Below are positions 51,974-61,536 of a stretch of 64,000 bases of DNA, one piece after another. The translations under genes and the position numbers were made by a program. The stretch's first letter is position 1. The number at the start of each line of letters is the position of its first letter. The notes under the pieces were generated by a model. It was not told the origin of the DNA. It saw only the letters and a list, made by a program, of their open reading frames with translations, and ran no database searches. This DNA comes from an uncultured Actinomycetota bacterium (GTDB lineage Bacteria > Actinomycetota > Actinomycetes > BP-191), in NCBI GenBank assembly GCA_963765815.1, contig CAVXXT010000008.1, positions 90,811-154,810 of the forward strand. The letters run 5' to 3'.

Positions 51974-52731
51974 CAGGTGCCGCCCAGTCGCGAGAGCAGG
52001 CCGCCGTCGACGCGCAGCGCCGTGCCGGTGACGAACGACGCGCCGGGACCGGAGAGGTAGCGGATCGCCTGCGCGACCTCCTCGGGCCTCGCGACGCGGC
52101 CCATCGGGTGCATGTCGCCCCATGACGCGACGGTGTCGTCGGCATCACCGCCGGGCGGCGTGAACAGCTCCGCGGCACCGCGGAGCATCGGCGTGTCGAC
52201 CGAGCCGGGGCAGACGGCGTTGACCCGCACCTCGGGTGCGTGGTCGACGGCCATCGCCTGGACCAGCATCAGCACCGCTCCCTTGCTCGCGCAGTAGGCC
52301 ACGGCGCCGCGCTGCGCGACGAACGACTGCACCGACGCGACGACGACGATCGCGCCGTCGCCGGTGCTGCGCAGGTGTGGCACCGCGTGCTTGGCGGTGT
52401 GGAACACCGAGGAGACGTTGACCGCGAGGACCTCGTCCCACGTCTCGACGGGCGTCTCCACGACGTCGCCGTACCTCTGGATGCCCGCCGAGCAGACCAG
52501 GATGTCCAGCCGCCCGAACGCCGCGACGGCCTCCTCGACGGCCCGACCGCACTCCTCGCCGCGGCGCAGGTCCGCGACGATCGCGATCCCGTCGTCACCG
52601 ACCGGCGAGCACTCGTCGACGTCGACCACCGCGACGCGGGCACCGCCCGCGGCGAGCTCCTCGGCGGCCGCGCGGCCGATGCCCTTGGCGCCGCCCGTCA
52701 CGAGGGCGGTCCGCCCGGCCAGCTCGGTCAT
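51973..52731 (-). CDS. SDR-family dehydrogenase
   Basis: TGGAKGIG Rossmann motif, YCASK catalytic motif. ATGA coupling at both ends. Confidence 0.85.
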
Positions 52732-53585
52732 GACACCTCCGGGTAGTGCAGCGGTACGCCGACGGCTCCCGGCTCCAGGCGCGACAGGTGCCAGCGGCCG
52801 AGGTTGCCGGTGACCAGCACGTCGCGCTGCTCGCCGACCCACACGCCGTTGGTCGGCGCGGACAGCGCGGTGCCCATCGGGTCGTCCGCGACGACCTCCA
52901 CCGCGCCGTCAGGACTCACCCGCAGGATCCGGTCCGGGCGGTAGCAGCAGACGAACATCGAGCCGTCCTCGGCGAGTGCCACGCCGTCCGGGACGGTGCC
53001 GGGCAGCATCGCCACGAGCTCCCGAGCGCCGGACGTGCCGTCGGCGCAGACCGGGATCGACACCAGTGCGGGGGTCTGCGACTCGAGCACGTGCAGCGCG
53101 CGCCCGTCCGCCGACAGGCACGCGCCGTTGGGGAACGACGTGCAGGCGGTCGACCACACCTCGGTGCGGCCGTCGGGCTCGACGGCGTAGATGCAGCCGT
53201 CGTCGCCGTCCCACGTCCCGGAGTCGGTGACGTAGAGCCGGCCGGCCGCGTCGAAGACCGGCCAGTTGGGGTTGACCATCGGCCGCTCCGCCGTGCCGGT
53301 GGAGTAGGGCGAGACCTCCCCGGTCGCCGGGTCGACCCGCAGCACCGCGCGGTTCGCGACGTCGCAGCAGTAGAGCCGGCCGTGCGCGTCGGCGCAGAGC
53401 CCCAGCAGAAACCCGCCGGTCGACGCGACCTGCGTCACCGAGCCGTCGTCGTTCACCCGGTAGACCTGGCCGGCCTCGCCACCGGCGTACACGACACCGT
53501 CGCGGGTGACCGTCACGCCCTCGGGGTGGTCCAGGCCGTCGGCGTACGTCGTCACCGAGCCGATGTCGAGAAGGGGCGCGCTCAT
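52728..53585 (-). CDS. SMP-30/gluconolactonase/LRE-family sugar lactonase
   Basis: 285 aa, six-bladed propeller pattern. ATGA coupling at both ends. Confidence 0.75.
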   Translation of the reverse strand: MSAPLLDIGSVTTYADGLDHPEGVTVTRDGVVYAGGEAGQVYRVNDDGSVTQVASTGGFLLGLCADAHGRLYCCDVANRAVLRVDPATGEVSPYSTGTAERPMVNPNWPVFDAAGRLYVTDSGTWDGDDGCIYAVEPDGRTEVWSTACTSFPNGACLSADGRALHVLESQTPALVSIPVCADGTSGARELVAMLPGTVPDGVALAEDGSMFVCCYRPDRILRVSPDGAVEVVADDPMGTALSAPTNGVWVGEQRDVLVTGNLGRWHLSRLEPGAVGVPLHYPEVS

Positions 53586-54319
53586 CCGGCCACCAGTCCG
53601 CCGTCGATGACCAGGATGGTCCCGGTGACGTAGGCCGCGTCGTCAGAGGCGAGGTAGGCGGCCGCCTGCGCGATCTCCTCCGGTGTGCCGAGCCGGCCGA
53701 TCGGCTGCCGCGCGATCAGCGCCGCCCGCATCGCGTCGGCGTCGTCCGCGCCGTCGAGCAGCCGGCCAACCCAGGGCGAGTCGACCGTGCCGGGAGCGAT
53801 GGCGTTGCACCGCACTCCGGTGCCGGCGTACTGCACCGCGATCTGCTTGGTCAGGCTGATCACCGCGCCCTTCGACGCGCAGTACGACGCGCGGTCGCGC
53901 AGCCCGACCAGGCCGGCGACCGAGGCGGTGTTGACGATGACGCCGCTCGCCTGAGCCAGCATGTGCGGCAGCGCCGCCCGGCTCATCAGGAACGTGCCCC
54001 GGGCGTTGACCGAGAAGACCCGGTCCCACTCCTCGACCGTCGCGTCGACCACCGACGTCGTCGAGCCGACGCCGGCGTTGTTGCACAAGACGTCGAGCCG
54101 ACCGGTCGCGTCGACCGCCGCCGCGACGAGCGCCGCTGCGTCGGCTTCCTGCGACACGTCGGTGCGCAACGCGATGCACCCGTCCGGAACGCCGCTGACG
54201 TCGAGGTCACCGCCGAAGACCGTCGCGCCCTCGTCCCGGAAGAGGGTCGCCATCGCTGCCCCGATGCCCGAGCCGGCGCCGGTGACGACGACTGTCCGAC
54301 CGGCGAAGCGCGCACTCAT
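53582..54319 (-). CDS. SDR-family dehydrogenase
   Basis: TGAGSGIG and YCASK motifs. 245 aa from ATG 54319. ATGA overlap with FAH. Confidence 0.85.
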   Translation of the reverse strand: MSARFAGRTVVVTGAGSGIGAAMATLFRDEGATVFGGDLDVSGVPDGCIALRTDVSQEADAAALVAAAVDATGRLDVLCNNAGVGSTTSVVDATVEEWDRVFSVNARGTFLMSRAALPHMLAQASGVIVNTASVAGLVGLRDRASYCASKGAVISLTKQIAVQYAGTGVRCNAIAPGTVDSPWVGRLLDGADDADAMRAALIARQPIGRLGTPEEIAQAAAYLASDDAAYVTGTILVIDGGLVAG

Positions 54320-55164
54320 GCAGTCACCGTCACCGGGTTGCGCAGGACGCCGATGCGCTCGATGTCGACCTCGACGACGTCGCCGTCGTGCAGGTAGATC
54401 GGCGGTGTCCGGGCGAAGCCGACGCCGACCGGCGTGCCGGTCGCGATGACATCGCCCGGCTCGAGGGTGAGGTAGCGCGACACGTAGCTCACCAGCTCGG
54501 CCACCGAGAAGATCATGTTCGCCGTCGTGTCGTCCTGCAGCGCCGTCCCGTTGACGCGGCAGGCGATCCGCAGCGCCTGCGGGTCCGGCACGTCGTCCGC
54601 CGTGACGAGCCATGGTCCGAGCGGGCAGAACGTGTCGAAGGACTTCCCGCGCACCCACTGCTTGTCGGCGAACTGGGCGTCTCGCGCGGACACGTCGTTG
54701 CAGCAGGTGTAGCCGAGCACGTGGTCGAGCGCGGCCGCCTCGGTGACGTCGCGCGCGCGGCGACCGATCACGACGGCGAGCTCCGCCTCGTAGTCGACCT
54801 GCTCGGACGCCGCCGCGGCCCAGGTGATCGCGACCTCCGGCCCGACGATCGAGTTGGTGGTCTTGACGAAGACGAGCGGCGCCTTCGGCAGCTCCATCGT
54901 CGCCTCGGCTGCGTGGTCTCGGTAGTTCAGCCCGATCGCGAGGACCTTCGACGGGGCCGCGACCGGGGACAGCATCGTGACGTCGGCGAGAGCGCGGGTC
55001 GGGGCGACGGCCGGAGCCGACGCCAGGTCGAGCCCTGCGTCCAGTGCGATCCGCAGGCCGTCCGCGCCGGGCCACTGCGGCTCGGCGACGAGGGGGATCG
55101 CGGTGTCGCCCTCGAGCCGGGCCAGGAAGGTCCCACCGCTGTCGTGCACTCGCGCGAGACGCAT
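54316..55164 (-). CDS. Fumarylacetoacetate-hydrolase-family protein (2,4-diketo-3-deoxy-sugar-acid hydrolase or 2-keto-3-deoxy-acid dehydratase type)
   Basis: FAH fold motifs (DYEAELAVVIG, GTPVGVG). ATG 55164 preceded by strong SD GAAGGAGG. Confidence 0.8.
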   Translation of the reverse strand: MRLARVHDSGGTFLARLEGDTAIPLVAEPQWPGADGLRIALDAGLDLASAPAVAPTRALADVTMLSPVAAPSKVLAIGLNYRDHAAEATMELPKAPLVFVKTTNSIVGPEVAITWAAAASEQVDYEAELAVVIGRRARDVTEAAALDHVLGYTCCNDVSARDAQFADKQWVRGKSFDTFCPLGPWLVTADDVPDPQALRIACRVNGTALQDDTTANMIFSVAELVSYVSRYLTLEPGDVIATGTPVGVGFARTPPIYLHDGDVVEVDIERIGVLRNPVTVTA

Positions 55165-55232
55165 CGCCGGCCGCACCTCCTTCGGGGTGGGCGCACCTTA
55201 GCCGAGGACGGCTACCTGTTACTACAGGCGGA

Positions 55233-55955
55233 TCAACGGTGACCGGCGGTGCCGAAGTAGACGTCGTCGTAGACGACCTGGCCGTTCCACGCGTCGTCGG
55301 TCTGCCCGAGCAGGATCACCGCGCCGTTGGCACCGGCCGGCGCCTTGGCCTTGAACGTCACCTCGGTGAAGGGCAGGTCGAGGTTGTTGCCCGCATCGGA
55401 GCGCTTGAGGTTGATGTCCTCGGAGATCGGGCTGCTGCCCGACATCCAGCGGATCTTCATCGACGCGCCCTCGCCCAGCGTGACGATCGTCCACCGGACC
55501 CATGCGGTCAGCGCGTACTCCGTGCCCTCGGTCACCGGCACGGCGGCCGCCGTACGCCAGTGCGGCGCGAGGGTGTACTGCGGGGCGAGCTGGTCCTTCA
55601 CCGGCTTGGTCGGGTTGTCGACGCAGGTCGGCGGCTGCGGGCAGACCTTGTCCGGTCCCGACAGCGAGCCGGAGATCGCCGCCGCGCGCTTGCCGGATCG
55701 GTAGACGTTCGGCGTGTGGTCGAACAGGACGGTCAGTCCCTCGAAGCTCCACGCAGTGGGCAGAACCGGCTGCGCGAGGCTGCCGGGGGGCGCGGCCGGG
55801 CCCTCGAGCGCGGACTCCTCGAAGCCAGGGTTGAGCACGAGGTTCGGCCCCGGCTTCACGTGGCTGCGGGGAGCGGCGTGCGCGACCGAGCCGACGGCGA
55901 CGGCCACGGCGAGTGCCGCGGCACCGGTGATGCGCGCGGTCCGGGTCTGGCTCAT
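55233..55955 (-). CDS. Secreted CBM4/9-like carbohydrate-binding protein (paralog)
   Basis: Signal peptide (ARITGAAALAVAVAVGSVAHA). Same architecture as 50000..50725 (NLVLNPGFEESALEGPAAPPGSL...). Confidence 0.55.
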   Translation of the reverse strand: MSQTRTARITGAAALAVAVAVGSVAHAAPRSHVKPGPNLVLNPGFEESALEGPAAPPGSLAQPVLPTAWSFEGLTVLFDHTPNVYRSGKRAAAISGSLSGPDKVCPQPPTCVDNPTKPVKDQLAPQYTLAPHWRTAAAVPVTEGTEYALTAWVRWTIVTLGEGASMKIRWMSGSSPISEDINLKRSDAGNNLDLPFTEVTFKAKAPAGANGAVILLGQTDDAWNGQVVYDDVYFGTAGHR

Positions 55956-56057
55956 CTCGACCTCCACGGGTCGGCTCGTGCCGACGAAAGCCTTGGCCGG
56001 CTACCTCCTGCGTTCGACGAGCCGGGGAGCTTCTCCTGCGCCTGTCATGACACGTTG

Positions 56058-57050
56058 TCAGGCCGACGGCTCGAGGGAGAGCCGCAGGGAGACGGTCGCG
56101 GTTCGCGACTGCCCGGGGGTGAAGAGCAGCGGCGGGCCGCCCGCGCCCCGCGCCGCGGCGACGCCCTGGCCGGGGAAGCTGCTCGCCGGCTCGATCCCCA
56201 GCACGTACGCCGCGGCGTACCAGGGGAACGTCGGCGTCGCGTGCGCCTCCAGCCACAGCCAGGCGTGCGGCATCGTCGCAAGGTCCCACTCGAGCTCGGC
56301 CCGAAGTCCGAGGCCGGGGTTGCTGATCGCCGCCCACCCGCGGTCGAAGTCGGTGAGGTAGAGGAAGCGATCAGCCACGTCGTCCGAACCGGGCAGCGCG
56401 CGCAGGTCGACCGCACCGCCTGCTCGGGACGGCGCGTGCGGCCAGCTGCCGCGACCGCCGACCAGGAGGTCGCCTGCGGGCATGTCCCGCGCGTCGTCGA
56501 CGATCACCGTGCGCGCGGCCGTCTCGAGCCGTGCCCCCGCGCCGAGCAGTGGCGCGCCGAACGCCGGGTGATGGCTCCACATCGCCTCGACCGGCACTCC
56601 GCCGACATTCGTCGCCGTCTCAGTGATGGTCAGGGTCGCTCCGTCGAGCGCCACCACCTTGCGCAGCGCGAACGGCGAGCGGACCAGCCGGGTCGTCAGC
56701 TCGACGGACGCGTCGCCGACGGTCCAGTCCCACGGCGCGAGCCAGGCCTCCCCGTGCATGCCCCACTCGACGCCGTGCTCCACGACCGCGTCGCCGCCGT
56801 TCGGGAAGACCGTCTGCCAGCCGCCCGGGTAGCTCTCCATCAGCGCGGTCACCGAGTCGCCGCCGGTAGCGACCGCGCCGTGCTGGCGCAGGCCCCACGG
56901 GCTCTGCCAGAGCACGTCGGCGTCGAGTGGCTGCCACGTCGCCGACAGGATGTCGCCGCCCTTGCCGGGCAGCACGTCGACCTCGACCATGTCGTTCCTG
57001 AGACGAACGATGTCCCAGCCGCGTCGGCGTACGACGTCGACCGCAGTCAT
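56058..57050 (-). CDS. Aldose-1-epimerase-like (galactose-mutarotase fold, DUF4432-like) protein
   Basis: 330 aa from ATG 57050. ATGA overlap with the upstream DUF4185 gene. Confidence 0.5.
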   Translation of the reverse strand: MTAVDVVRRRGWDIVRLRNDMVEVDVLPGKGGDILSATWQPLDADVLWQSPWGLRQHGAVATGGDSVTALMESYPGGWQTVFPNGGDAVVEHGVEWGMHGEAWLAPWDWTVGDASVELTTRLVRSPFALRKVVALDGATLTITETATNVGGVPVEAMWSHHPAFGAPLLGAGARLETAARTVIVDDARDMPAGDLLVGGRGSWPHAPSRAGGAVDLRALPGSDDVADRFLYLTDFDRGWAAISNPGLGLRAELEWDLATMPHAWLWLEAHATPTFPWYAAAYVLGIEPASSFPGQGVAAARGAGGPPLLFTPGQSRTATVSLRLSLEPSA

Positions 57051-58114
57051 CGCGGCATCGTCGCGAGCAGCCCGTCGACGTCGACGGAGGCGAACCTCGG
57101 CCAGTAGACCGAGTCGTCGGCGAGCGTGGCCGCTCGGGTGAGCCGGATCGACGCGTAGGTCACGACCAGACCTCCAGGTGCGGCAGCGGTGAGCTCGGGA
57201 TGCGCCTTGCCGGCGTAGCAGATGGTGTCGGACCGGCCGACCTCGGGTGGACGGTAGGCCTCGACCGGAGCGGACCACGGGCCCTCCGGCCGGTCGGCCG
57301 TGCGCAGCTCGATGACGCCTCGCGCCACCGGGTCGCCGACGCTCGTCAGCACAAGCCGCCCGCCGTGCCGGTGCACCGTGAACTCCGTCGGCACGTCGTG
57401 CACGACCGGCACCGCATCGGCCGCGCTGGGCCCCCAGCCGCCGGATCCCGGGTCGCCGGCGCCTCGCCACCACTGCGGATCGGCCAGGTGACCGACAGCC
57501 GCGTCGTCGACGGTCCACCGCGCGAGCAGCGCACCGTCGGATCGGTGCGCCCAGGCCAGGAGGAAGCCTTCGTCGACGACCAGGGCCGTGCCGAGGACGG
57601 CGCCCGCTGCGTCGGGCAGGGACACCGGCACCGGGCGCCACGTCGCGAGCGGCGCGTCGGCGTCCTCCACCAGCCGGGCCGCGGATCCGACGACCTCGAA
57701 GAAGCCGAGCGAGCCCTCGGCCGCCCATGCGTCGTCGCCCGACGGCAGGTCCGGCCGGGTGCTGCGGACCCGCATCAGGAACACCAGGAGGGCCCGGCCG
57801 AGCCGTACGCCGTCGAGCGGCCAGCACCACTCGCCCGGCGTCGCCGGCGCGAACATCGGTCCGGCCGCGGCGTCCGCAGGCCGGCGCTCCAGCGTCGCGG
57901 ACGACGGGTCGAGCCCGGTCTGCACCGCGACCGTGTTGGCCACCAGGCCCGCCCCGGCACGCCCGTCCTCGCGGCGGCCGAGGAAGGTGTCGCCGAAGAG
58001 CCACAGGGTGCGGTCGCCGCCGAGCGGCACGCTGTAGGCGTCGTCGGTCCCGAGCCAGCTCGGGTCGCGCCGGAACAGCGCGTCGGCGTCGGGCCACGGC
58101 GCTGCGGTCGCCAT
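57047..58114 (-). CDS. DUF4185-domain beta-propeller (glycoside-hydrolase-like; GH172-type)
   Basis: 355 aa from ATG 58114. The DUF4185/GH172 assignment is by pattern resemblance only. Confidence 0.5.
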   Translation of the reverse strand: MATAAPWPDADALFRRDPSWLGTDDAYSVPLGGDRTLWLFGDTFLGRREDGRAGAGLVANTVAVQTGLDPSSATLERRPADAAAGPMFAPATPGEWCWPLDGVRLGRALLVFLMRVRSTRPDLPSGDDAWAAEGSLGFFEVVGSAARLVEDADAPLATWRPVPVSLPDAAGAVLGTALVVDEGFLLAWAHRSDGALLARWTVDDAAVGHLADPQWWRGAGDPGSGGWGPSAADAVPVVHDVPTEFTVHRHGGRLVLTSVGDPVARGVIELRTADRPEGPWSAPVEAYRPPEVGRSDTICYAGKAHPELTAAAPGGLVVTYASIRLTRAATLADDSVYWPRFASVDVDGLLATMPR

Positions 58115-58165
58115 GGCGCGACAACCTAGTCTGGCCGCACGTTTCCGTCGGCGGAGGAGTGCGCG

Positions 58166-59062
58166 ATGAGCGAGAAGTGGGTGCTCGCGGTCGACATGGG
58201 CGGGACACGCACCAAGCTCGCGCGCGCGTCGACGGCCGGAGCGGTCGAGGGCCTGACCGTCGTGCCGACGCCCGCGACGGCTGACGACGCGCTCGCCGTG
58301 GTGATCAGCGCCGGACGGGAAGTGCTGGCCGCCCATGAGCTCCTCGGCGTCGGGCTCTGCGTGCCCGGTCTCGTCGACGACGACAGCCGGGTCGCGGCGC
58401 TGCCCGGGAAGCTCGCGGGCATCGTCGGTCGCGACCTGGCCGGCGAGCTGCGCGCGGTGTTCGGCGCTCCGGTCCGCGTCGTGAACGACGCGATCGCCTA
58501 CGGCGTGGGGGAGGCGACGGCCGGGGCGGGCAAGGGGTCGCGCCGCGTCGTCGTGATGACGATCGGCACCGGCGTCGGAGTGGCCGTGCTCGAACAGGGT
58601 CGGCCGATCACCGGCGGACCTCTCGGCGGGGGGCTGCAGGGCGGGCAGATCCCGATCGGCGCCGGCGACCCGCGCCGGCTCGACACCAGCGACCACGCCG
58701 ACACGCTCGAGGCGCACTGCCGGGCGCAACGGCTGGTCGACTACGCCGTCGACGCCGGCGGCGCCTACGCCTCGCCGGAGGAGGTCCTGGCGGCGTACGA
58801 CGCCGGCGAGCCGGCCGCCCGCGCGGGCGTCGAGGAGTTCCGCGCCGCGCTCGTCCTCGGCGTCCGGGCGCTGGCCAACGCGCACGGCGCGGACGCGGTC
58901 GTCGTCGGCGGTGGCCCGCTGACGGACAGCGGGCGGCTCCTCGACGGAGTGGAGGCCGCCGTCCAGGAGCAGCTCTGGCCCACGCACACGCTGGTGGTGC
59001 GCCGCGCGACCCTCGGCGACTCCGCGGCGCTGGTCGGCCTCGCCGCGCTGCTCGCGCCGTGA
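58166..59062 (+). CDS. ROK-family sugar kinase/regulator
   Basis: N-terminal VLAVDMGGTRTKLA ATP-binding motif. 298 aa. Confidence 0.75.
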   Translation: MSEKWVLAVDMGGTRTKLARASTAGAVEGLTVVPTPATADDALAVVISAGREVLAAHELLGVGLCVPGLVDDDSRVAALPGKLAGIVGRDLAGELRAVFGAPVRVVNDAIAYGVGEATAGAGKGSRRVVVMTIGTGVGVAVLEQGRPITGGPLGGGLQGGQIPIGAGDPRRLDTSDHADTLEAHCRAQRLVDYAVDAGGAYASPEEVLAAYDAGEPAARAGVEEFRAALVLGVRALANAHGADAVVVGGGPLTDSGRLLDGVEAAVQEQLWPTHTLVVRRATLGDSAALVGLAALLAP

Positions 59063-59141
59063 CCGGGGTGTCGTGACTGCCTTGTCGTTGCCACCGACCG
59101 ACAGAGGACCTACCCTGCAGTCCTAATCCTAGGATGACAGG

Positions 59142-61466
59142 TTGGCGGAAGGGCGCAGCGGTCCCCGCATGACGGAGTCGACGGCTCGTCCCGACCGACG
59201 CGACGCCGCGGCCGTCGCGCGTCACGCCGTGTCGACCCTGCGCAGCCGGAGCGACCTGGTCGCCCTCGGGCTGATCGTCGCCAGCACCCTGGTCTTCCCG
59301 CGACGCAGCCCGCTCGGCGTCTACGGCCTCGGTGTGGTGACCGGATCACTGCTCGCGCTCAACGCCATCGGACTCGTGCTCGTCTACCGCAGCAACCGGA
59401 TCATCAACTTCGCCCAGGTCGCGGTCGGCGGAGTCGGCGCGACGCTGTTCGCCGCGAGCGTCACCTACCAGCCGCTGCTGCGGTGGGGTCTCAAGTACGG
59501 CGTCTTCGAGACCGAGCCGACCTGGTTCGTCACCGCGAACTACTGGGTCTCCGCGGTGCTCGGGCTCGCGCTGTCGGTCCTGCTCGGCTGGGCGGTCCAC
59601 GCCCTCGTCGTACGCCGGTTCACCGGGGCGCCGCCCTTGGTCGCGACGGTCACCACCATCTTCGTGGTGTCGGTCTGCGGCCTGCTGAGCCGGCAGATCC
59701 GGGGATCCCGCCTGCTGCGCAGCACCGACCAGATCGACGCCAACGTCGGTGTCGGCGCTCCCGCACCGCCGTTCCGCGTCACGCTCGACCTGCCGGGTGT
59801 GCGGATGACCAGCCGCGACCTGCTCGTCGTCGCGGTCGTCGCGATCACCATCCCGCTGCTCACGCTCTACTTCCGTCGTACCAGCACGGGGGTCGTCATC
59901 CGCGCGGCCGCCGACAACCCGATGCGCGTCGCCACCCTGGGCGTCGACGTCAACGCGGTCGTCGGCCGGGTGTGGGCGGTCGCCGCGCTGCTCTCCGGTC
60001 TGGCCGCGATCCTGACCACGATGGGCAGCGGGCCGCCGCCGGACGGGGTCGACATCAACGTCGGGCTGATGGTGCGGATCCTGGCGGTCGCGGTCATCGC
60101 GCGCCTGGTCAGCCTCCCGGTCGCCGGCGCCGCGGCGATCGGGCTCGGCGTGCTCGAGGAGACGATGCTCTTCTCCTTCCGCACGCCGCTCCTGCTCGAC
60201 GCGCTGCTCGTCGCGGTCATCGGCGCCGTGCTGATGCTCCAGCGCGCGACCGCGGTCCGCGCCGACGTCGACAGCACGGGGTCGTGGCGCGCCGCGCGCG
60301 AGGTCCGGCCGATCCCGCGCGAGCTCCGCGGACTGCCGGAGGTACGCCGGTGGCTGCGGATCGGTGCCGCCGCAGCGGCGATCGCGGCCCTCGGCGCGCC
60401 GTGGGTGCTCTCGCCGAGCCAGACCGACCTCGCGGCGTACGTCGTCATCGCGACGATGATGTTCACGTCGGTGCTCGTCCTCACCGGGTGGGCCGGCCAG
60501 ATCAGCCTGGGCCAGCTGGCGTTCGCGGCGATCGGCGCGTGGATCACCGCGGTGTCCGGCTGGCCGTTCCCGGTCGCCGTCGCTGCCGGCGCGCTGGGCG
60601 GTGGAGTCGCTGCGGTGGTGGTCGGCATTCCCGCGCTGAAGCTCCGCGGCCTGCACCTGGCGATCATGACGTTGGCCTTCAGCCTCGCGGTCTCGACGCT
60701 CGTCCTGAATCCGCGCTACCTCGGCAAGCACCTGCCGTCCGACGTGACGCGCCCGACCATGCTCGGCATGGACCTCGACGACGGCCGGGTCTTCTACTAC
60801 GTCCTGCTCGCGCTGCTCGCCGTGGTGGTCGGTGCCGTGGCCGGCCTTCGCCGGAGCGCGGTCGCCCGTGCCCTCATCGCGGCTCGGGACAACGAGGCCG
60901 CCGCCCAGGGATTCGGCGTCAACCTGCTGCGCGCGCGGCTGCAGGCCTTCGCGGTCTCCGGCGTCATCGCCGGCTTCGCCGGCTCGCTGCTCGCCTACCA
61001 GCAGAGCTCGGTCATCCCGGAGAGCTACAGCGCCGGCCAGAGCCTGCAGGTCTTCCTGTACGCCGTCATCGGCGGGCTCGGCGCAGTGAGCGCACCGCTC
61101 GTCGCCGGTGCCTACTTCGCTGTGGTGACGGTGTTCGACCTGCCGGCCGGTCTGGTGCAGCTGATGACCGGCGCCGGCGGCGTCGTGCTGCTGATGATCG
61201 CCACCGGCGGACTGGCCCAGGTCGGCTTCGACACCCGTGACAGCCTGCTGCGCGCCGTCGCGCGCCGTCGCAAGATCGTCGTACCGAGCCTGCTCGCCGA
61301 CGCTCGCGACGCCGGGCTGGCCGACGTGCGTCTCGCCATCACGCCGAAGCGGCGCCGTGGCGGTGGCACCGAGTTCGTGCCCGCTCGCTACCGGCTCGAC
61401 GACCAGTACGGCATCCCGGCCCCAGGCGCGAAGACAGCCGAGCCGACCGGAGCGCCGCGTGGCTGA
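59142..61466 (+). CDS. ABC transporter permease, fused LivH/LivM-like (branched-chain-amino-acid type)
   Basis: 774 aa, many TM helices in two repeats. Real start may be ATG 59169. Confidence 0.75.
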   Translation: MAEGRSGPRMTESTARPDRRDAAAVARHAVSTLRSRSDLVALGLIVASTLVFPRRSPLGVYGLGVVTGSLLALNAIGLVLVYRSNRIINFAQVAVGGVGATLFAASVTYQPLLRWGLKYGVFETEPTWFVTANYWVSAVLGLALSVLLGWAVHALVVRRFTGAPPLVATVTTIFVVSVCGLLSRQIRGSRLLRSTDQIDANVGVGAPAPPFRVTLDLPGVRMTSRDLLVVAVVAITIPLLTLYFRRTSTGVVIRAAADNPMRVATLGVDVNAVVGRVWAVAALLSGLAAILTTMGSGPPPDGVDINVGLMVRILAVAVIARLVSLPVAGAAAIGLGVLEETMLFSFRTPLLLDALLVAVIGAVLMLQRATAVRADVDSTGSWRAAREVRPIPRELRGLPEVRRWLRIGAAAAAIAALGAPWVLSPSQTDLAAYVVIATMMFTSVLVLTGWAGQISLGQLAFAAIGAWITAVSGWPFPVAVAAGALGGGVAAVVVGIPALKLRGLHLAIMTLAFSLAVSTLVLNPRYLGKHLPSDVTRPTMLGMDLDDGRVFYYVLLALLAVVVGAVAGLRRSAVARALIAARDNEAAAQGFGVNLLRARLQAFAVSGVIAGFAGSLLAYQQSSVIPESYSAGQSLQVFLYAVIGGLGAVSAPLVAGAYFAVVTVFDLPAGLVQLMTGAGGVVLLMIATGGLAQVGFDTRDSLLRAVARRRKIVVPSLLADARDAGLADVRLAITPKRRRGGGTEFVPARYRLDDQYGIPAPGAKTAEPTGAPRG

Positions 61467-61536
61467 GGGCCGTGCGCTCGTCCCGACCGAGCGCGAGACC
61501 GCGCTGGGTCGCGTCGCCGACGACGTCGACTTCGCG